Source of the DNA: Actinomycetota bacterium
GTDB lineage: Bacteria; Actinomycetota; Acidimicrobiia; IMCC26256; VFJJ01
DNA length: 45,092 nt
Reading direction: 5' to 3'
Assembly: GCA_009886115.1 (NCBI GenBank)
Contig: VFJJ01000111.1
Coordinates: 62,001-107,092 of the forward strand
A program made the translations under genes and the position numbers. Below are positions 38,523-45,092 of the stretch, piece by piece. Every line of letters begins with the position of its first letter. The first letter of the stretch is position 1. A model generated the notes under the pieces. It was given only the letters and a program-made list of their open reading frames with translations. It ran no database searches and was not told the DNA's origin.

Positions 38523-39731
38523 TCAACTCGTCGGCGTCGTCGTCGGTGCCGTCGTCGGTGCCGTCGTCGGTGCGGCCGTGCTGCTCGTCGACGTCGGGGC
38601 GGACGTGACGGTCGTCGGCGCCGTCGTCGGCGCCGTCGTCGGCGCCGTGGTGGGCGCCGTCGTCGGGGTCGTGGCGGCGCCGCAACGGTGCTTGCGCTCG
38701 ACCTTCACGTCACCGTCGACGACTCGCAGCTTCAGTGCCGAGCCATCGGGGAAGACCACGTAGACCTTGGGCCCCTCGAACCGGGAACCGGTCTTGGGAG
38801 CGTCGGCCGAGACGGTTCCGCCAGCAGCGTCGGTCACGGTCACGGAGCCGTCGGCGTTCACCGTGTAGGCGACCGTCACCTCGGCGCCAGTGCAGAGCTC
38901 CATCATGGCGGTGCCGGGGCCGACCGGGATCGGGTGGGCTTCACCGGGATTGTCGTCACCGTGCTCGTCACCGTGCTCGCCGTCACCGGGCTTGTTCTCG
39001 CCGCCGTTCTCACGGTCACCACGCTCGCCATTGCCCGGCGGGGGCGGTGCTGTCGGCTCGCCCGGCTTGATCTCGAACCGAACCGACTCGTGCTCGGCGT
39101 TGGCCTTCAGGCCCACCTTGATCTTCCAGGAGATCGGGCCGGCGACCAGGAGGATCTTGGCCTTCGAGCGTGACTCGGTGACACCGTGTTCGTTGGGCTC
39201 GTTCGAGTTGTGGGGCCCGTCGATCGTGACGACGGCCGCACCGGCGGTCACGGCGATGTTCGACAGGACGGGGTAGCCCCCGCCGTCGACGACGTCGTAG
39301 GTGACGATCACGGGACCGATGCCGAACAGGTCCTGGGTCCAGGAGTGGGCCCCAGCCAGCTGGCCGGGCTCGGTTCGGGCCCGCACCGACACGCGCCCGT
39401 CGTTCGACCTCACGTCGATGCGAGTGTCCTCGCTCGCGTTCACGAGCCTCACGGCGTGCTCGGAGCCACGCTCGAGCATCGTCCAGGTGCCGTCGTCGGG
39501 GTCGAGACCGACGGAGACGACCTCGCCTTCGGCGCCCAGCTCGATCGTGGCCGTGAGGCCGGTGCCGAACAAGGGCAACGTGGCGACGATCTGGGGCGTG
39601 GGCGGCGGAACCGGTGTGCTCGGCCCCGCGGTGGCTCCGGCCGGGGCCATGGCCCCGGCTCCGACGAGAATGGCGGCACTGGCCGCAGACACAAGGCTCA
39701 ACACGAGCCGTCGAGACGCACGCATGTGCAT
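38523..39731 (-). CDS. Secreted protein with acidic Gly/Glu/Asp linker and C-terminal (TTAP)n repeats
   Basis: Signal peptide (RRLVLSLVSAASAAILVGAG), AAGGGG SD, and 12-bp tandem repeats at about 38530-38670 encoding TTAP. Confidence 0.75.
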   Translation of the reverse strand: MHMRASRRLVLSLVSAASAAILVGAGAMAPAGATAGPSTPVPPPTPQIVATLPLFGTGLTATIELGAEGEVVSVGLDPDDGTWTMLERGSEHAVRLVNASEDTRIDVRSNDGRVSVRARTEPGQLAGAHSWTQDLFGIGPVIVTYDVVDGGGYPVLSNIAVTAGAAVVTIDGPHNSNEPNEHGVTESRSKAKILLVAGPISWKIKVGLKANAEHESVRFEIKPGEPTAPPPPGNGERGDRENGGENKPGDGEHGDEHGDDNPGEAHPIPVGPGTAMMELCTGAEVTVAYTVNADGSVTVTDAAGGTVSADAPKTGSRFEGPKVYVVFPDGSALKLRVVDGDVKVERKHRCGAATTPTTAPTTAPTTAPTTAPTTVTSAPTSTSSTAAPTTAPTTAPTTTPTS

Positions 39732-40024
39732 CGATCCCCTTCACGAAAGCTCCGAGCCACGCCCCGCAGCCTGCATCGGCTCGGCCCGGGCGGTTCCTGG
39801 AACCGCGCCCGTCGAAAAGGGGCGGTACCGGCCCGCTCGGGCGGATGGCGAGGTTCGCGAGCCGCCGGCTCCCGCTCGCTGACACACTCTGCGTCGGGAC
39901 CCCGACCATCAGACACGAACACGCGACACGACCCGGTGACAGGACGATGTGATCACCGCCACACGCGCCTCGACCGTGCGGCGTTACCCGGTAGCTTGAC
40001 GACGACCGATCCGGGAGGAACACC

Positions 40025-40774
40025 GTGGCTGAGACAGACACACCCGTCCGCACCATCGCCGCCCGGGCCGTCGACGCCCGCAAGACCTACGGCAAGGACG
40101 ACACCGCCGTGCACGCCCTCGACGGCGTCACGGTCGATTTCGAGGCCGGTCGCTTCACCGCGATCATGGGCCCGTCGGGCTCGGGCAAGTCGACGCTGAT
40201 GCACTGCCTCGCCGGCCTCGACACGCTCACCGGCGGCCAGGTCTTCATCGACGACATCGACCTCACCACGCTCAAGGAGAAGGACCTCACCCTCTTGCGC
40301 CGCGAGCGGGTGGGCTTCGTGTTCCAGTCGTACAACCTCGTGCCCACGCTCACCGCCATCGAGAACATCACCCTGCCCAAGGCCCTGGCCGGCACCAAGC
40401 CCGACCAAGCCTGGCTCGACACCGTCATCGACACCGTCGGGCTGCGCAACCGCCTGAGCCACAAGCCCTCGGAGCTCTCGGGTGGCCAGCAGCAGCGAGT
40501 GGCCGTCGCCCGGACGATGGCTTCGCGGCCCACGATCATCTTCGCCGACGAGCCCACCGGGAACCTCGACTCCAAGTCGAGCACCGAGATCCTCGAGTTC
40601 ATGCGACGCGCCGTTCGCGAGTTCGGCCAGACCATCGTGATGGTCACCCACGATCCCAACGCCGCGTCGTACGCCGACCGGGTGATCTTCCTCGCCGACG
40701 GGCGCGTCAGCGGCGAGATGAGCGACCCCACTCCCGAGCGGATCCTCGACAAGCTCAAGGGCCTCGGGGGCTGA
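40025..40774 (+). CDS. ABC transporter ATP-binding protein (LolD/MacB-like)
   Basis: GPSGSGKST, FVFQSYNL, LSGGQQQRVAVAR, ADEPTGNLD, VTHD. GGAGG SD and TAGCTT -10 at 39992. Confidence 0.94.
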   Translation: MAETDTPVRTIAARAVDARKTYGKDDTAVHALDGVTVDFEAGRFTAIMGPSGSGKSTLMHCLAGLDTLTGGQVFIDDIDLTTLKEKDLTLLRRERVGFVFQSYNLVPTLTAIENITLPKALAGTKPDQAWLDTVIDTVGLRNRLSHKPSELSGGQQQRVAVARTMASRPTIIFADEPTGNLDSKSSTEILEFMRRAVREFGQTIVMVTHDPNAASYADRVIFLADGRVSGEMSDPTPERILDKLKGLGG

Positions 40775-40780
40775 CATCGC

Positions 40781-43345
40781 ATGCTCCGGGCGACGATCAG
40801 GAGCCTGATCGCCCACAAGCTGCGGCTCGTCCTCACGGCGATCAGCGTGGTCGTGGGGGTGAGCTTCGTCGCCGGCACCTTCGTGCTCACCGACACGGTG
40901 AAGGGCACGTTCGGCGATCTCTTCAGCCAGATCAACGCCGGGGTCGACCTGCACGTGCGCTCCACCACCGAGTTCGGCGACGCCAACGGGGGCGAGCCGC
41001 TGTCGGCGTCGGTACGCGACACGCTGGCCCAGGTTCCCGGCGTGGTCTCGGCGGAAGGGATCGTCATCGGCTTCCCCGCCCAGGTGCTCGACAAGACGGG
41101 CGACGCCGTCTCCAACGGCGGGGCACCCACGCTCGGATGGTCGACGTACGACGACGCTGAGCTGTCGCCGTTCTTCTACAAGGTCGGACGGGCGCCGGTC
41201 GGCGACGCCGAGGTGGCTCTCGACGCGTCGACCGCGAGCTCGCACGACTTCGTGGTCGGCGACCTCGTCAAGATCGTCACGCCCGAGGGACCGGCCGTCT
41301 ACACCATCACCGGGCTGCTCGGCTTCGGTGCGGTCGACAACCTCGGTGGCGCAACCGTGGCCGCCTTCGACACGCCCGTCGCGCAGCGTCTCTTCGACCG
41401 CGAAGGCCGCTTCGACGCCGTCGAGATCCGCGTCGACGACGCCGCCAACATGTTGGCCGTGCAGGCCGCCGTGCAACAGGCGCTCGAGACCATCGAGCCC
41501 GGGTCGTTCGAGGCCGTCACCGGCGAGCAGAACGCCGAGGACCAGGCCGACGACCTCAACTCGATCGTCGACGCCATCAACCGGTTCCTGCTCATGTTCG
41601 GCTACGTCGCCCTGTTCGTCTCGACCTACAACATCGTCAACACGTTCTCGATCATCGTCACGCAACGCACCCGCGAGCTGGCGCTGTTGCGGGCGTTGGG
41701 TGCGAGCGGGCGCCAGGTGGTGTCGTCGGTGCTCGTCGAAGCGCTCGTGGTCGGGGTGATCGCCTCGCTCGCTGGTCTGGCCCTGGGGTTGGGCATCGCC
41801 GCGCTCATCAAGGAGGTGCTGGCCTCGGGCGGGCTCGAGGCGCCGCCGGGAGCGCTGAAGTTGTTGCCGCGCACGGTGATCGTCGCCCTGGTGTCGGGCA
41901 TCGTCACGACCGTCGTCGCCGCCGTCGCGCCAGCTCTGCGGGCCGCCCGGGTGGCGCCGATCGCCGCGATTCGCGACGCGCAGCCGCCCACGACCGGCGG
42001 CAGCCTGAGGCGTACGGCCGTCGGCGCCGGCCTGGCCGTCGTGGGCCTGGTGATGCTGATCGGGGTGATGACCGACCACGGGCCGTCGAACGAGATCATC
42101 GGTGCCGGCGGCGGGGCGGGCGCACTGTTCATCGGCGTCTCGCTGGTGGCCACGCTCATCGCTCGCCCTTGCGCCCAAATCATCGGCATCGGGATCGCCC
42201 GCTTCCGGGGTGTTCCCGGGCGGTTGGCCCGCGAGAACTCGATGCGCACCCCGCGCCGCACGTCGTCGACGGCTTCGGCGCTCATGATCGGGCTCACCCT
42301 CGTGACCCTGGTGCTCGTTCTGGCGGCGTCGGTCACCACGACCGTCGCCCGGGTCGTCGACGAGAGCTTCGGCTCCGACCTCACGATCTCGAACGAGCAG
42401 TTCGTGCCGTTCAGCCCGGCGCTGCACGACACGCTGGCTGATCTCCCCGAGGTGGGCCAGATCGGCCGCTTCCGTTTCGGTCAGGCCCGTTTCGGCGGGC
42501 CCGACGGCGAAGACGTGGGGATCGACGGCATCGACGGCGTCGCCATCGACACCCTGTACCGCATGGGGATCGAGAACTTCGACGCTGCCGCTTTCGATGC
42601 CGGCGGGCTGCTCGTGTCGGAACGCGAGGCCGACAAGCGCGGCCTGCGTGTCGGCGACCGCCTCCAACTCACGTTCGCGGCCACGGGCACCAAGGAACTC
42701 GCGGTCATCGCGGTCTACACGGCCCGGAACTTCTCCTCGACCTATGTGGTCTCCTCGGCCGAGTTCGAGGCCAACTTCCCACAATCGCAGTTCCGGGCCG
42801 ACAACCTGCTGATGGTCAAGGCCTCCCCCGGCGTGGCGGTGGCTTCGATGCGCGACGCGGTGACGGCGATCGTCGAACGCGACTACCCGAACGTGACGGT
42901 CAAGAACCAGAGCGAGCTCAAGGCCGAGCGCAAGGAGCAGATCGAGCAGTTCCTGTTCATCTTCTTCGCCATGCTGGCCTTCTCGATACTCATCGCCAGC
43001 ATCGGTGTCACGAACACGCTCGCCCTCTCGGTGTTCGAGCGCACCCGCGAGCTGGGGCTCTTGCGGGCCATCGGGATGACCCGCAGGCAGATGCGCTCGA
43101 TGGTGCGGTGGGAGGCCGTCATCATCGCCGTCTTCGGCGGGCTGCTCGGATTGGCTCTCGGCGTCTTCCTCGGCTTCGTGATGGCGGGTATCTTCGACAG
43201 CCTGGGCTTCGCGCTCGACATCGTGGTCCCTCTCTCGCTCGTCTGGGTCGTGGTCGTCGCCTTCGTGCTCGGTCTCATCGCCGCCGCGCTTCCCGCCCGA
43301 AGGGCCGCTCGTCTCGACATCCTCAACGCCATCGCCACCGAGTAA
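40781..43345 (+). CDS. FtsX/MacB-like ABC permease (two repeats, 854 aa)
   Basis: GVSFVAGTFVLTDT, NTFSIIVTQRTRELALLRALGAS, NTLALSVFERTRELGLLRAIGM. Confidence 0.92.
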   Translation: MLRATIRSLIAHKLRLVLTAISVVVGVSFVAGTFVLTDTVKGTFGDLFSQINAGVDLHVRSTTEFGDANGGEPLSASVRDTLAQVPGVVSAEGIVIGFPAQVLDKTGDAVSNGGAPTLGWSTYDDAELSPFFYKVGRAPVGDAEVALDASTASSHDFVVGDLVKIVTPEGPAVYTITGLLGFGAVDNLGGATVAAFDTPVAQRLFDREGRFDAVEIRVDDAANMLAVQAAVQQALETIEPGSFEAVTGEQNAEDQADDLNSIVDAINRFLLMFGYVALFVSTYNIVNTFSIIVTQRTRELALLRALGASGRQVVSSVLVEALVVGVIASLAGLALGLGIAALIKEVLASGGLEAPPGALKLLPRTVIVALVSGIVTTVVAAVAPALRAARVAPIAAIRDAQPPTTGGSLRRTAVGAGLAVVGLVMLIGVMTDHGPSNEIIGAGGGAGALFIGVSLVATLIARPCAQIIGIGIARFRGVPGRLARENSMRTPRRTSSTASALMIGLTLVTLVLVLAASVTTTVARVVDESFGSDLTISNEQFVPFSPALHDTLADLPEVGQIGRFRFGQARFGGPDGEDVGIDGIDGVAIDTLYRMGIENFDAAAFDAGGLLVSEREADKRGLRVGDRLQLTFAATGTKELAVIAVYTARNFSSTYVVSSAEFEANFPQSQFRADNLLMVKASPGVAVASMRDAVTAIVERDYPNVTVKNQSELKAERKEQIEQFLFIFFAMLAFSILIASIGVTNTLALSVFERTRELGLLRAIGMTRRQMRSMVRWEAVIIAVFGGLLGLALGVFLGFVMAGIFDSLGFALDIVVPLSLVWVVVVAFVLGLIAAALPARRAARLDILNAIATE

Positions 43346-43371
43346 CGGAACAACGGAGCAACGGAGCAGCC

Positions 43372-45092
43372 ATGTTCAAGATCGCCCTGAAAACCACCCT
43401 GGCCCGGAAGTTCCGGCTGCTCTCCACGGCGCTGGCCGTCACGCTCGGCGTGGCGTTCCTCGCCGGCACGTTCGTGCTCACCGACACCATCAAGAAGACC
43501 TTCGACGACCTCTTCGCCGACGTCTTCCAGAACACCGACGCCTACGTGCAGTCGGCCACCTCGATCGACGGTGAGTTCGGAGAAGAGCAGCGCGGTCGCA
43601 TCCCCGATTCGCTGATCGAAACGGCCCGAGCCGTCGAGGGCGTGGCCGAGGCCGAGGGCTTCGTGCAGGCCCCGGCTCGCATCATCGGCAGCGACGGCGA
43701 GCTCATCGGTGATCCGAACCAGGCCCCGCTGTTCGGCATGAGCTACCGCGACGGCTTGTTGACCCCGTGGAGGCTCACTGGCGGCAGCCGGGCACCCGTG
43801 GGTCCCGATGAGCTCGCGATCGACGAGAACAGCGCCGACAAGGGTGATCTGGCCGTCGGCGATCGGGTACGCGTCGAGGCCCAGGCCGGGTCGCGCGAGT
43901 TCACCCTCGTGGGGATCGTCCGCTTCGGCACCGCCGGTTCGCCCGGTGGCGCCTCGGCAGCCCTGTTCGACCTCACGACCGCCCAGGAGTTCCTCGGCGA
44001 GCCGGGAGAGGTCGACGCGGTGATGGTCGCTGCCGAGGACGGGCTCTCCGAGGAGGAGATCACGGCCCGGATGCAGGCCGTCATGCCCGCGGGCATCGAG
44101 ACCCTCACGGGCGCTGAAATCACCGGCGACCAGCAGGACACCATCGAGGAGGGCTTAAGCTTCTTCACCACCTTCCTGCTCGTGTTCGCGGGCGTGGGCC
44201 TGTTCGTGGGGGCGTTCAGCATCTACAACACCTTCCAGGTGATCGTGACCCAGCGCACCAGGGAGATGGCCATGCTCCGGGCCATCGGGGCCAGCCGCCG
44301 TCAGGTTCTCGGGGCGATGCTGATCGAGGCGTTCCTGGTTGGCCTGGTCGCGGCGGTCGTCGGCATCGGCGTGGGGGTCGGGCTGGCCGTTGCGCTCAAG
44401 GCGATGCTGTCGCTGCTCGGTCTCGACCTCCCCTCCAGCGGGCTGGTGTTCAAGACCCGAACGGCGGTGGCCTCGCTGCTCGTCGGCACCATCGTCACCA
44501 TGTTCTCAGCCGTGTTCCCCTCGCTGCGGGCCTCGAGGGTGCCGCCGATCGCCGCCATGCGCGACGTCGCCATCGACCGGTCGGCCTCGTCGCGGGGTCG
44601 GTTCGTGGCCGGGTTCCTCGTCACCGCGGTGGGCGCGGCCGGTCTGGTTGGGGGCGTCGGCGCCGGCGAAATCAAGATCGTCGGGATCGGCGTGGGTTTG
44701 GTGTTCATCGGCGTGTTCGTGCTGGGCCCGCTGATCGCCCGGCCGCTCGCTCGCGGCCTCGGGGCGCCGCTGGCCCAGATCGGGTTCCCCGGCCACCTGG
44801 CTCGCGAGAACGCCAGCCGCAACCCCAAGCGCACGTCACGCACATCCGCCGCGCTCATGATCGGCGCCACCCTGGTCACCGCGATCGCCGTGTTGGCTGC
44901 GTCGATCAAGGAGACGATCCGCGACTCGTACGGGCAACAGTTCACGGGCGACTGGGTCGTCGACTCGGGCAGCTTCGGCTTCGGCGGGGTCTCGCCCACC
45001 ATCGCCGCCGATCTGAACGCTCTCCCCGAGGTCGAAGCGGCGACGGGGCTCCGATTCGGCTTCGCGACCCTCGACGGTGACGCCGAGGGCTA
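43372..45092 (+). CDS. Second FtsX/MacB-like ABC permease, 3' end beyond the window
   Basis: Absent from the ORF track. ATG 43372 gives MFKIALKTTLARKFRLLSTALAVTLGVAFLAGTFVLTDT...IYNTFQVIVTQRTREMAMLRAIGAS, and the frame stays open to the window end. Confidence 0.9.
   Translation, partial: MFKIALKTTLARKFRLLSTALAVTLGVAFLAGTFVLTDTIKKTFDDLFADVFQNTDAYVQSATSIDGEFGEEQRGRIPDSLIETARAVEGVAEAEGFVQAPARIIGSDGELIGDPNQAPLFGMSYRDGLLTPWRLTGGSRAPVGPDELAIDENSADKGDLAVGDRVRVEAQAGSREFTLVGIVRFGTAGSPGGASAALFDLTTAQEFLGEPGEVDAVMVAAEDGLSEEEITARMQAVMPAGIETLTGAEITGDQQDTIEEGLSFFTTFLLVFAGVGLFVGAFSIYNTFQVIVTQRTREMAMLRAIGASRRQVLGAMLIEAFLVGLVAAVVGIGVGVGLAVALKAMLSLLGLDLPSSGLVFKTRTAVASLLVGTIVTMFSAVFPSLRASRVPPIAAMRDVAIDRSASSRGRFVAGFLVTAVGAAGLVGGVGAGEIKIVGIGVGLVFIGVFVLGPLIARPLARGLGAPLAQIGFPGHLARENASRNPKRTSRTSAALMIGATLVTAIAVLAASIKETIRDSYGQQFTGDWVVDSGSFGFGGVSPTIAADLNALPEVEAATGLRFGFATLDGDAEG

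Noticed and set aside
1..45092. tRNA, rRNA, transposase, integrase or prophage
   Set aside because: None recognised, and composition looks uniformly high-GC. This was a visual check only.

Overview
High-GC actinobacterial chromosomal segment. Gene content and promoter style suggest Acidimicrobiia, but that is inference. It holds about 32 CDSs, mostly housekeeping or accessory: a VWA-partner gene (partial) and its Mg-chelatase/MoxR-like AAA+ ATPase, an amidase, sdhCAB, two MFS transporters, DinG, an HNH nuclease, a polar amino-acid ABC transporter, FtsH, MscS, an acyl-CoA synthetase, a PAS-GGDEF-EAL protein, a STAND-type adenylate cyclase, an SCP2 protein with an alpha/beta-hydrolase, several lipoproteins, and a LolD/FtsX-type ABC system with two tandem permeases (the second partial). 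I saw no CRISPR array, rRNA, tRNA, transposase or prophage. Most notable: (1) a single ORF fuses an intact RelA/SpoT-type HD alarmone hydrolase to a class III polyphosphate kinase 2, just downstream of dinG, with a relic stop codon and RBS at the junction; (2) a GH1 protein appears to have lost its catalytic nucleophile and neighbouring active-site residues, and sits between the AAA+ and VWA genes; (3) a three-hairpin, C-loop (6C-type) small RNA lies directly behind ftsH; (4) the STAND cyclase has degenerate Walker A/B motifs; (5) there are many leaderless promoters, ECF-type promoters and long intergenic palindromes. All calls come from reading motifs by eye; no database searches were run.
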